A program made the position numbers and the translations under genes. The notes beneath the pieces were generated by a model, which worked only from the letters and a program-made list of their open reading frames with translations, did not search any database and was not told the origin of the DNA. This document shows positions 9,327 to 18,181 of a stretch of DNA of 64,000 nt, in pieces (position 1 is the first letter of the stretch; every line of letters begins with the position of its first letter). The stretch comes from Planctomycetota bacterium (GTDB lineage Bacteria > Planctomycetota > PLA2 > JAEUHO01), in assembly GCA_965223505.1 (NCBI GenBank), contig CBDCWP010000010.1, forward strand, positions 1-64,000, in the 5' to 3' direction.

Positions 9327-10351
9327 GGAAAGGCGATCCGAAAGTTCTCAAGCTCGAACGGCAGCTGAACCTCGTCTCGTACCTGCTCTCCGCCAGAGCG
9401 CCCGTGCCGTTTTCCGACATTCGCGGCCGTGTCGTCGGATACGACGACGACGCGAGTCCCGACGCCGTCGAGAAACGCTTCGACCGCGACAAGGCCGACC
9501 TGCGCGCCATCGGCGTCAACATCGAGTACGTATCGAGCGACCTGTTCGGGCGCGCGGGCTACGTGATCGATCCGCGCGGCTACTTCCTGCGCGAGACCGA
9601 CCTCGAGCCCGAGGACGCGATGCTGTTGGCGGTCTTGCAGCGCACGTTGGGCGTCGCGGACGACGAGCTCGGCCGTAACCTCAAGTCGGCGTTGGCGAAG
9701 CTCACGATCGACAGCAGCCTACCCGAGCCGTTGCGTACGTCGGTGGGGGAGCAGCATCTGCTCAGCCTCGGCCAGCCCAACCGCGATCCGGGCCGCAATC
9801 ACCTGTCCACGCTCGGCGAGGCCATCGGGCGGCGCCGCCGTGTGAGCTTCCGCTACCACACGGTGGACGCGAACCGGATGGAGACGCGCGAGGTGCAGCC
9901 GTACGGGCTGGGGCTCGCGAAGGGCCACTGGCACATGGTGGGGTTCGACGAGTCGCGCAAGGCGTTGCGCAACTTCCGGTTGGATCGCATCAAGGGCAAG
10001 CTCAGCGTGATGGACAAGAAGGACGACGCGTTCGAGGTGCCGGACGACTTCGAGATCGACAAGCACATCGAGCAGCAGGAGTTCGACATCCCGGAGGGAC
10101 CGGTCATCAAGGTGACGGTCGAGTTCGACGACGTGGCGACGTGGTTGTTGCAGCGTCAGCGTCGTGGCGAGAGCACGTTGGAGGTGCTCGACGACGGGCG
10201 CGGGCACTTGCAGTTCTCGATTCGGAGTGTCGAGGGGTTGTTCCGCTGGGTGGCGGAGTGGGGGCAGCGTGCGCGCATCGTCAAGCCGAAGCACCTGGCC
10301 GACGAGTTCGTGAACCGCACGACCCGCACGCGGGATCTGTACGCCGTGTAG
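9323..10351 (+). CDS. WYL-domain transcriptional regulator (HTH-WYL-WCX, PafB-like)
   Basis: EKRFDRDKADLRAIG HTH; REVQPYGL..WHMVGFD...LRNFRLDRI WYL core; TTG start after AAAGGAG overlapping the MATE stop. Confidence 0.9.
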   Translation: MRKGDPKVLKLERQLNLVSYLLSARAPVPFSDIRGRVVGYDDDASPDAVEKRFDRDKADLRAIGVNIEYVSSDLFGRAGYVIDPRGYFLRETDLEPEDAMLLAVLQRTLGVADDELGRNLKSALAKLTIDSSLPEPLRTSVGEQHLLSLGQPNRDPGRNHLSTLGEAIGRRRRVSFRYHTVDANRMETREVQPYGLGLAKGHWHMVGFDESRKALRNFRLDRIKGKLSVMDKKDDAFEVPDDFEIDKHIEQQEFDIPEGPVIKVTVEFDDVATWLLQRQRRGESTLEVLDDGRGHLQFSIRSVEGLFRWVAEWGQRARIVKPKHLADEFVNRTTRTRDLYAV

Positions 10352-10420
10352 GGGCGACCCAATTCGTTCGTCCGCAGTTGGTGGTCGCCCAATTTGGGCA
10401 GCCACAAGGGCTGCCCCTAC
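10348..10420. repeat. REP doublet (interrupted GCGACC-type REP plus inverted GCAGCC-type REP)
   Basis: GTAGGGGCGACCC...GTGGTCGCCC followed by GGGCAGCCACAAGGGCTGCCCCTAC between convergent genes. Confidence 0.85.
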
Positions 10421-10423
10421 CAC

Positions 10424-11335
10424 CTACGACAGAATCCGGTCGGCCACCGCGTCCGCCGGCTCGCCGGGTGCGACGTCGATCCAGCGCAACCCGTCGAACG
10501 ACTTGAAGAACGTCATCTGCTTGCGCGCGAACCGGCGCGTACGCCGCGCAATCGCTTCCCGCGCCGCCGACTCCGACATCGTCCCCTCGATCACCGCCGA
10601 AAGCTCCGCCAACCCCAGCACCTTGCGCGCCTCCGGGCTCAGCGCCCGCGCCAACAACGCCCGCGCCTCGTTCAGCACGCCGTCCTCGAACATCAACCGC
10701 GTTCGCAGCTCGATCCGCTCGTTCAGGTCGTCCCAGTCCCGCCGCAACCCGAACACCGTCGCATCGACCCGGTCCGGGCGGTCCCACTGTTCGCGCTGCG
10801 CGCTCGCCCGCTTCCCCGTCGCCCGGATGATCTCCAACGCCCGCACGATCCGCCGCTCGTCGTTCGGATGGACCTGTTCCGCACGCTCCGGATCGAGCGC
10901 CCGCAGCTGCTCGTGAAGCGCCGCCGCGTCCTCGCCGGCGAGCGACGCCCGATAGTCGGCGTCCCGCGCCACGCCCGCGCCCATGCCCTTGAGCCAGCTG
11001 CGCAGATACAGCGCCGTGCCCCCGACGATCCACGGCGTGCCGCCGTCCATCCGGATGCGCTCGACCAGCGCGTCGGCGTCGGCCACGAATCGCGCCGCCG
11101 AATAGGTCTCCGACGGGTCGCACACCCCGACCAGGTGGTGCGGCACGTCGGTCGGCGCCTCCGGTGCGGCCGTCAGAATGCCCATGTGCCGGTACACCGA
11201 GAACGCGTCGCAGCACACCACCTCGCCGTCGGTCTTGCGCGCCAGCGCGATGCCGACGGACGTCTTGCCCGAGGCCGTCGAACCGACCAGGCAGGGCACG
11301 GACGCAGTCGTGGGGCGCGGATCCATGGGGGACAT
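10424..11335 (-). CDS. miaA: tRNA dimethylallyltransferase
   Basis: GSTASGKT P-loop, VPHHLVG, VGGTALY, HPNDERRIVRALE, TRRFARKQMTFF. Confidence 0.95.
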   Translation of the reverse strand: MSPMDPRPTTASVPCLVGSTASGKTSVGIALARKTDGEVVCCDAFSVYRHMGILTAAPEAPTDVPHHLVGVCDPSETYSAARFVADADALVERIRMDGGTPWIVGGTALYLRSWLKGMGAGVARDADYRASLAGEDAAALHEQLRALDPERAEQVHPNDERRIVRALEIIRATGKRASAQREQWDRPDRVDATVFGLRRDWDDLNERIELRTRLMFEDGVLNEARALLARALSPEARKVLGLAELSAVIEGTMSESAAREAIARRTRRFARKQMTFFKSFDGLRWIDVAPGEPADAVADRILS

Positions 11336-11397
11336 GCCGTGGTACCTTCCCGCGCGCGGGTAACCGCAAGAATGCGGGCCGCGCGCGAGGGTCGAGC

Positions 11398-12495
11398 TTG
11401 AGTGAAAAACGGGACCTCTGGGTGCCCGTCGCCCTGGCCCTGGGCGGCGCGGGGATCCTGACCTGGCACATCGTCGACGAGGCCGGGTCCCTGTGGGCCG
11501 GACTCGCCGCGCTCGTGATCGGGTTGGTCGGGGCGATCGTGTGTCTACCGCTGCGCATGCGCCGCGGACAGGCGCGGGTCGTCGCCTTCGGGCTCGGCAC
11601 CGCGATGCTCATGGCCGTCTTCGTGCCCGCCCTCTCACCCAGCGGCATTCACGTCTTCGCCTGGATCGTCGGCGCGCTCGCGTTCCTCCTTCCCATTCGC
11701 ACCGCGTCAGTACAAGTGCGCGCCGTCATGCTGTCCGCCGCGGGCGTGTTCGCGCTCCTCGCCGTCTTGAGCGTGATCGACGTGCTCGACGTGCGTCTGA
11801 CCTGGTTGTTCATCGCCGGCGCGTTCTTCTTCGCCGCCCAGGTGTGGAGTTCGCGCGTCGTGCCGGAGCCGGAGATCCCGCCCGGCCCGCGCATCTGCGT
11901 CTTTGGCGGCACCTTCGATCCGTTCCACATCGCGCACCGCGCGCTCGCGGAGGCCGCGCTGAAGGTCAACGACCGCCTGCTCGTCGTCCCCGCCGGCTCC
12001 GCGCCGCACAAGTTCCTCGGCGACGCCGGCGCCGTACCCGACCGCACGCCGTTTCATCATCGCGTCGCGATGGTGCGCCTGGGCGTCGAGGGCCTCCCGC
12101 GCACCGAGGTGCTCGAGATGGAGGGCAAGCGCGCGGGGCCCTCGTACACCGTCGACACGCTCGAGGCGTTGCGCGGTGCACACGGCCTCGGCACGCGCTG
12201 GCGGCTGCTCGTCGGCGCCGACATGCTGCAGGACTTCCCCAACTGGCGCGAGTGGGAGCGCATCGTCGAGGACACGGCGCTGCTCGTCGCCGCGCGGCCG
12301 GGTCACTCGATCGAAACGCCCGAAGCGTTCGAAGGCCGCGAGATCGAGGTCATCGCGCTCGAGGTCGCCGAGCGCGACGTGTCGTCCACGGACGTGCGAA
12401 CGCGATTGAAGTCTGGCAAGGACGTCGGAGGCGACCTCAGTCCCGCGATCAAGGCCTACATCGAAGAGCACGGCCTCTACGAGCCGAGCGAATAG
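11398..12495 (+). CDS. nadD: Nicotinate-nucleotide adenylyltransferase with N-terminal multi-TM domain
   Basis: FGGTFDPFHIAH, SYTVDTL, LVGADML...W.EW, VSSTDVR; preceded in frame by ~160 hydrophobic aa; TTG start inferred. Confidence 0.85.
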   Translation: MSEKRDLWVPVALALGGAGILTWHIVDEAGSLWAGLAALVIGLVGAIVCLPLRMRRGQARVVAFGLGTAMLMAVFVPALSPSGIHVFAWIVGALAFLLPIRTASVQVRAVMLSAAGVFALLAVLSVIDVLDVRLTWLFIAGAFFFAAQVWSSRVVPEPEIPPGPRICVFGGTFDPFHIAHRALAEAALKVNDRLLVVPAGSAPHKFLGDAGAVPDRTPFHHRVAMVRLGVEGLPRTEVLEMEGKRAGPSYTVDTLEALRGAHGLGTRWRLLVGADMLQDFPNWREWERIVEDTALLVAARPGHSIETPEAFEGREIEVIALEVAERDVSSTDVRTRLKSGKDVGGDLSPAIKAYIEEHGLYEPSE

Positions 12496-12672
12496 CGCCG
12501 CGAGGGGCCTGCGTTTGGCCGAACTGACCGGATTGTGGCCTCCAGGCCACCCGCTGGGTAGGATCTCGCCTCGGTCCGGCGAACGCCCGTCCAAGGCAGG
12601 TGGGGCGGTACGCCGGCGCAATCGTCGTCACGACGGCCTGGGAGGACGCCGTGACGCAAGGGAGGGTTTCGA

Positions 12673-12816
12673 ATGCGTCGGATCGGCTTGCTGATCGCTC
12701 TGGCACTGACCACCGTGGCGATGACCGGCTGTGCGTCCTGGAACTGGAGCGACCCGTTCCACCCGACCTCCAAGTCGCCGCTGAACCCGCCGTGCGCCAG
12801 CACGGAGTGCCGCTAG
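12673..12816 (+). CDS. Small lipoprotein (47 aa, not in ORF track)
   Basis: GGGAGG RBS; MRRIGLLIALALTTVAMTG-C ASWNWSDPFHPTSKSPLNPPCASTECR with a lipobox. Confidence 0.7.
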   Translation: MRRIGLLIALALTTVAMTGCASWNWSDPFHPTSKSPLNPPCASTECR

Positions 12817-13011
12817 ACACACGTTCGTCGCATGGGCGTCTTGCGCCCCTCGTTCGCGTGCATCGGAATGTCATGCTTTCGTAACCAAATACGAAATCAG
12901 GACTTGTACGAATCCGAGCGCAAGAAACATTTGACCCGCACGGGCTGCATTGGTACCTAAGCGCACTTGAAACGTCGTCGGGCAGGCGGCGTGTGAGGCA
13001 GGAGGTCGAGC

Positions 13012-13269
13012 ATGCTCAAGCGCATCACAATCGCGCTGCTTTTGGTCATGATGGTGGCGCCGATCGCCGCGTGTCGTTTCTACGCGCCGGTCATGGAAGA
13101 CCTGGGTGGTGGTGGCGTCGGCGGCATGTCGAAGACGCAGATGATCCTCAGTCAGCAGGGCCGCAACGCCCGCCAGCAGGAAGAGTTCATCGACACCTAC
13201 TTCCTCAACTACGACCGGAACGATCCGTACCGGGGTGACTACTACGTCCTGGACGGAAGCGGCCGGTAA
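13012..13269 (+). CDS. Small lipoprotein
   Basis: GGAGG RBS; MLKRITIALLLVMMVAPIAA-C lipobox. Confidence 0.8.
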   Translation: MLKRITIALLLVMMVAPIAACRFYAPVMEDLGGGGVGGMSKTQMILSQQGRNARQQEEFIDTYFLNYDRNDPYRGDYYVLDGSGR

Positions 13270-13327
13270 GTCACGCCGCGGCGGTGCGTCCCTGTGGGAG
13301 GGAGGCGCACGGTCGCCACGTGTCGGA

Positions 13328-13373
13328 CAAAGCCCGCGCGCCTTGTGGGAGGGGACGCGCGGGCTTTTCTTTT
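13328..13373 (+). terminator. Intrinsic terminator-like hairpin
   Basis: AAAGCCCGCGCG...CGCGCGGGCTTT followed by TCTTTT. Confidence 0.65.
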
Positions 13374-13437
13374 GTCCGCAGTTTTCCGCCACGAAGCTAG
13401 GTCCCGTTGAGGCCGGATCAGGCCTCGGAGACTCGTC

Positions 13438-14721
13438 ATGCTGGACCTGGCCTGGATTCGCGAGCACCCCGACGCGGTGCGGGAGGGCGCGGAGCGCAAG
13501 CGCATTCCCTTCGACGTCGACGCGCTGCTCGAGCTCGACACCGAGCGGCGCCGGCTGATTCGCCTCCAGGAAGAGGCCAAGGCCGAGCAGAACGCCCTGG
13601 GCAAGCAGGTCGCCTCGCTGCAGGGCGACGCCAAGCAGACGGCGCTCGAGCGCCTCAAGCAGATCAAGGCCAACGTCAAGGGGCACACCGACCAGCTCGG
13701 TCCGCTCCAGAAGCAGATCGACACGCTGCTCCTGGCCGTGCCGAATCCCCCCGACGCCGACGCGCCGGACGGCGACGACGACGAGGCCAATGTCGAGGTG
13801 CGGCGTTCGGCCGAGCCGCCGACGTTCGACTTCCCGGTGAAGGACCACATCGAGCTCATGGAAGGGCTCGGCATGGTGGACATCGAGCGCGCGGGCAAGC
13901 TCGCCGGCAGCCGCTCGTACGTGCTCAAGGGCGACGGCGTGCTGCTCGAGCAGGCGATCCTGCGCCTCGGCATGGACCGCATCACGGAGCGTGGCTACAC
14001 GCTCCTGTCGGTGCCGGTGGTGGTGAAGGAGTGGGCGCTTCGCGGCACGGCGTACTTCCCGGGCGCCGAGGAGCAGACCTACAAGATCGCCAACCCGACG
14101 GCCGACGACGAGGACTCGTGGCTCGTCGGCACGAGCGAGGTGAGCGTCACGGCGTTGCATGCGGGCGAGATCCTCGACGCCGATCAGCTGCCGCTGAAGT
14201 ACGCGGGGCTGAGCCCGTGTTTCCGGCGCGAGGCGGGCACCTACGGCAAGGACACGCGCGGCGTGTATCGCGTGCACCAGTTCAACAAGGTCGAGCAGGT
14301 GATCGTGGACGTCGCGGACGACGAGAGAACGCTGGCGCACCATGCGGAGATCGTGGACAACGCGGAGCGGGTGCTGCAGGACCTGGAGCTGCCGTACCGC
14401 TTGACGGCGACGGCGACCGGTGACATCGGCCGTGCGGCGACGTTCAAGTACGACATCGAGGCGTGGATGCCGGCGCGCGACGCGTGGGGTGAGACGCATA
14501 CGGCCAGCCGTTTCCGCGACTATCAGGCGCGGCGGTTGAACTTGCGCTACCGCGGCGAAGACGGCAAGGTGCGTTTCTGTCACACGCTGAACAACACAGT
14601 GGTGGCGACGCCGCGCGTCCTGGTGGCGTTTCTGGAGGTGCACCAACAGGAAGACGGCAGTGTGCGCATTCCGGCGGCGTTGCAGCCGTACATGGGTGGG
14701 CGCGAGGTGTTGACCCCGTAG
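13438..14721 (+). CDS. serS: Serine--tRNA ligase
   Basis: LVGTSEV, CFRREAG..GKDTRG.YRVHQFNKVEQ, HTLNNT.VATPR. Confidence 0.98.
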   Translation: MLDLAWIREHPDAVREGAERKRIPFDVDALLELDTERRRLIRLQEEAKAEQNALGKQVASLQGDAKQTALERLKQIKANVKGHTDQLGPLQKQIDTLLLAVPNPPDADAPDGDDDEANVEVRRSAEPPTFDFPVKDHIELMEGLGMVDIERAGKLAGSRSYVLKGDGVLLEQAILRLGMDRITERGYTLLSVPVVVKEWALRGTAYFPGAEEQTYKIANPTADDEDSWLVGTSEVSVTALHAGEILDADQLPLKYAGLSPCFRREAGTYGKDTRGVYRVHQFNKVEQVIVDVADDERTLAHHAEIVDNAERVLQDLELPYRLTATATGDIGRAATFKYDIEAWMPARDAWGETHTASRFRDYQARRLNLRYRGEDGKVRFCHTLNNTVVATPRVLVAFLEVHQQEDGSVRIPAALQPYMGGREVLTP

Positions 14722-14881
14722 GGGCAGTCCTTGTGGCTGCCCGACCGGTGGCGTTCGTGATTGGGCGACCTGTAGGGGCAGCCCTTGTGGCTGCCCAACT
14801 GGGTGCGAGCGAATTGGGCGACCACAAGGGTCGCCCCTACGGGGACACGTCGAATTGGGCGCCCACAAGGTTCGCCCCGAC
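14718..14881. repeat. REP cluster upstream of RAYT
   Basis: REPs at 14718-14742, 14772-14796, 14816-14840 (inverted) and a degenerate copy at ~14857-14881. Confidence 0.9.
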
Positions 14882-14910
14882 ATCCTGTTTCCGTCGTGCC
14901 GCGAGGCGCG

Positions 14911-15450
14911 ATGACTCAAGATGAACGACGACCTGGCGGCAGACGCTCCATTCGCTGGCGCGGATTCAGCTACGGCAGCGCCCGACGGTACTTCATCACG
15001 ATTTGCGTCGAACGCATGCAGTGCGTCTTCGGCGACATCAGAGCTGGGGCGATGTCGCTGTCCCCGGCCGGAGTCATGGTCGCTCGCGAGTGGCAGTCAC
15101 GGGAACGACTGCCGAACGTCCAGCTTGGCTGCTGGGTCGTCATGCCCAATCACCTGCACGGCGTCATTCGCCTGACCGTTCCGATGACGAACAAGTGCGG
15201 GCTGCCGGCGATCATCGGACGCTTCAAGTCACGTACGACGGTGTTGTACGCGAAGGGTGTACGAGGCTGTGGATGGGTGCCATTCGATCGCCGGCTCTGG
15301 CAGAGGAACGATTGGGATAGAGTGATTCGCGATGATGAAGAAGCGGGGCAAGTATCGAACTACATCCGGATGAATCCTCGCCGTTGGCGCGACGATCCCC
15401 ATCATCCACGCGCGACCTCGCAATCCGACCCTCATGTGGATTGGCTGTAG
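14911..15450 (+). mobile_element. REP-associated tyrosine transposase (RAYT, IS200-like Y1 HUH)
   Basis: YFITIC, VVMPNHLHGVI (HUH), IIGRFKS, LWQRN...IRD, YIRMNP (catalytic Tyr); flanked on both sides by REP clusters. Confidence 0.92.
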
Positions 15451-15622
15451 GGGCAGCCCTTGTGGCTGCCCAACTGGGGATGAACGAATTGGGCGACCTG
15501 TAGGGGCAGCCCTTGTGGCTGCCCAACTGGGGATGAACGAATTGGGCGCCCTGTAGGGGCAGCCCTTGTGGCTGCCCAACCGGGGGCGTTCGTCATTGGG
15601 CGACCACGAGGGTCGCCCCTAC
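15447..15622. repeat. REP cluster downstream of RAYT (53-bp tandem units plus an inverted REP)
   Basis: GTAGGGGCAGCCCTTGTGGCTGCCC at 15447, 15500, 15553; inverted GCGACC-type REP at 15598-15622. Confidence 0.92.
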
Positions 15623-15625
15623 AAA

Positions 15626-16393
15626 TCACCGCGGCGGCTGCGTGCCGCCGGGGTTCGCAGCGCTCCAACGCACCCCGTACGCGCTACGCAGCAAGATGAT
15701 CCGGTAGATCCGGTGCGGCTCGAGGTCCTCGCCCTTCGTGGTCGTCGTCTTCTCCGTCACGTCGAGCTCGATCTTCATCAAGATCGCATACGGCACGCCG
15801 TGCTTCAGGCGCGAGTCCCACTCCTCCAACCCCTCGCGCGCCTGCGAACGGTCCGGCGTCGGGAAGTACCGCAGGTCGAACGTGCGGATCTTGTCGTACA
15901 CCAACGAGTACATGCCGCCCGACGTCGGGTCGTCGTCCACGAAGTAGTCCTCGCGGCGCCAGAGCTCAAGCCAGCGGCCCTGCCGGTCGTCCTCGTTCAC
16001 GCGGCACGCGTAGCCGACCTCGGAGATCGGGCTGGTCCGATCCTGCTCGCGCCGCCGTCCATCGTCCTCGGCGCCGGTCAGGCGGGTGCGGCGGGCCGTG
16101 AGGAAGTCGACGCGGTCGGCGTCCATTCCGGCCAAGTTGTTGCTCTTGCCGAGAAATCCCGCATCGCCCGTCAGGCCGGGGAACGAGACGTAGCGGAAGT
16201 CCTTGAAGATCTGTGCGAGCACCGCGTTGGCGACCTTGGGCGTGTGCAGCGCATCGCGCGCCAGGTCGCGGCCGCGGATGATGCCGTCGATGACCGAGTA
16301 GATCAGCGCCACCACGACGGAGAGGATCGTGATCGCGATCGTGATCTCGATCAGCGTCATACCGTCGGAACGTCGTCGGGCGCGGCGCGTCAT
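15626..16393 (-). CDS. gspJ: Type II secretion minor pseudopilin (GspJ-like)
   Basis: Prepilin motif GMTLIEI; position in the gsp operon. Confidence 0.75.
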   Translation of the reverse strand: MTRRARRRSDGMTLIEITIAITILSVVVALIYSVIDGIIRGRDLARDALHTPKVANAVLAQIFKDFRYVSFPGLTGDAGFLGKSNNLAGMDADRVDFLTARRTRLTGAEDDGRRREQDRTSPISEVGYACRVNEDDRQGRWLELWRREDYFVDDDPTSGGMYSLVYDKIRTFDLRYFPTPDRSQAREGLEEWDSRLKHGVPYAILMKIELDVTEKTTTTKGEDLEPHRIYRIILLRSAYGVRWSAANPGGTQPPR

Positions 16394-16968
16394 TTCTCGT
16401 CCTCGGTGCCGGGCCGGATGAAGGTCGACAGCGTGAGGATCGGCTCATCGTCCATCTCGTCCGTCAGATAGATCTTCATCGTCACCTGCGTGAGGTTGAC
16501 GGCGGCCTGCGCTTCGTCCTCGCTCCCGGAGCCGGAGCCCGACCCGGAGCTAGACCCGCTGCCTTCGTCTTCGAGGTCCCCCTCGTCGCCGAAGATCGAC
16601 TCGTGTCCGTCCGCCTCGTCGCTCGTGCCGGCGGCGGTCTTGATGCGCTTCGTCAGGACGAACGAGTAGATGCGCCACTTCTCACGCTCGGCGCCCTTGA
16701 AGCCCGTCCACTCGCCGTAGTAGTCCTCGAGGTTGCCCGAGGTGCCGTCGGCGTGCTCCTGCAGCTCGTACAGGATGCGCCGAAACAGGGTGTCGCCGGC
16801 TTCGCGCAGCTCGCGCTTGGAGACGGCCCGCGTGGCCTTCTCCATGTTGTACGACCAGCTCTGCGCCATGAACCCGACGATGACCGCGAGGATGGCGAAG
16901 GCGCACATCACCTCCAGCAGCGTGAAGCCGGCCTGCCTGCGGGCGCTGGATCTAGCTTCCGAAGTCAC
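16390..16968 (-). CDS. Type II secretion minor pseudopilin (GspI-like)
   Basis: Prepilin motif GFTLLEV; operon order. Confidence 0.75.
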   Translation of the reverse strand: MTSEARSSARRQAGFTLLEVMCAFAILAVIVGFMAQSWSYNMEKATRAVSKRELREAGDTLFRRILYELQEHADGTSGNLEDYYGEWTGFKGAEREKWRIYSFVLTKRIKTAAGTSDEADGHESIFGDEGDLEDEGSGSSSGSGSGSGSEDEAQAAVNLTQVTMKIYLTDEMDDEPILTLSTFIRPGTEDEK

Positions 16969-17626
16969 TCGCGGGCCTGGCCTTTCGTAGTTCGTGATCG
17001 CCCTCCTTCCAAGAGGGCTCCGACGTGAGGGGGTTCACCAGGATGGTGATCGTCTTCTTCTCGCGATCGACCTCCAGATCCTGGCTCTCCAGCCGGATGC
17101 CGACTGCGCGTTCGATGTTGCCGTCCGCCGTGAAGCGGATCGGGAACAGCTTCCCACCGGGGGAGAGCTGCTGCCAGCTTCCGGAGCGCTCGCTCACGCC
17201 GACGAAGTCCACGCCCGGCTGCAGCTCCTTCCAGTTCGTGTACACCCACTCGCGTTCGCGGCTGCGCCGACGTGCGATCTCGTTCTCGCTGTCTTCGTCG
17301 CTGGACTTCTCCTGCGGCTGGTCGGTGAACTTGAAGCGGTAGCCCTGGCGCTTCTCGCCCTCGAGGTCGCGATACCAGCCGAGCTCGAGGTAGACGTCGT
17401 AGCCGTCTTCGATCGCCTTCTCGCGCGCGCCGGTGATGGCGGACACGAGCGAATTCGCGCTCGACTCCAGCCGCGAGCGCGCCCCGAAGCCCTCGAGGCT
17501 CATCGGGACCATGATCAGGATCCCGCCCAGCAGAAGCAGGACGACCATCAGCTCGATCAGCGAGAAGCCCCGCTGCTCGAGAGGGTGACTACTCGCTCTC
17601 GGCCGGCGGCCAGAAGATGTCGTCAT
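16952..17626 (-). CDS. Type II secretion minor pseudopilin (GspH/FimT-like)
   Basis: GFSLIEL prepilin motif; nearest in-frame ATG (17626) overlaps the gspG end. Confidence 0.75.
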   Translation of the reverse strand: MTTSSGRRPRASSHPLEQRGFSLIELMVVLLLLGGILIMVPMSLEGFGARSRLESSANSLVSAITGAREKAIEDGYDVYLELGWYRDLEGEKRQGYRFKFTDQPQEKSSDEDSENEIARRRSREREWVYTNWKELQPGVDFVGVSERSGSWQQLSPGGKLFPIRFTADGNIERAVGIRLESQDLEVDREKKTITILVNPLTSEPSWKEGDHELRKARPASDFGS

Positions 17627-17987
17627 CGGTGTCCGGCTGACCATCGGCGCCGTAGGACGTGAGCTTGTAGTCCTTGGTCGAGATCTTGCGGTAGTCGTAG
17701 TCATTGTCCCAGGGGTCCATCGGGATGCGCTTGATGTAGGACTCGCCGGTGCGCTCGTTCTCCTGCGTGAGCTCGTCCAGGGAGTCGGGCACCTTGCCCG
17801 CGTGGTCCAGCTTGTACATGTCGATCGCGCTGCCGATCGCGCTCATCTGCGTCTTCGCCTGCTCCTCCTGGGACTTGAACAGGGCGTTCCAGACGTTGGG
17901 CCCGACGATCGCGATGAGACCGCCGAGGATGACGATGACGACCATGAGCTCGACAAGGGTGAAGCCACGCTCGCGTCGGGTGTTCAT
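17589..17987 (-). CDS. gspG: Type II secretion major pseudopilin
   Basis: GFTLVELMVV, AIDMYKLD, DPW, SYGADG..DD motifs. Confidence 0.92.
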   Translation of the reverse strand: MNTRRERGFTLVELMVVIVILGGLIAIVGPNVWNALFKSQEEQAKTQMSAIGSAIDMYKLDHAGKVPDSLDELTQENERTGESYIKRIPMDPWDNDYDYRKISTKDYKLTSYGADGQPDTDDDIFWPPAESE

Positions 17988-18181
17988 TGCTGGATTCTCC
18001 GCAAACGATGCTCCCGGGCCTGCCCAGGAGCTCGAAGCCGCGTCTTGGACGCTGCTCCGGGACCATTTTCTTCCCGCCAATATAGGGCAAGGTTCGGGCC
18101 CCGGCACGCCGGGCGCGGGGAGAGCCCAGGCGGTTCCCGAGCGCGCGGAAGGCCGTCAGCGAGGCGTAAGGCGCCCGGGGG

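Noticed and set aside
15447..15622. Regularly spaced 25-bp palindromic repeats resembling a CRISPR array
   Set aside because: The spacers are near-identical, the repeats are GTAG REPs dispersed through the window beside a RAYT, and no cas genes are present
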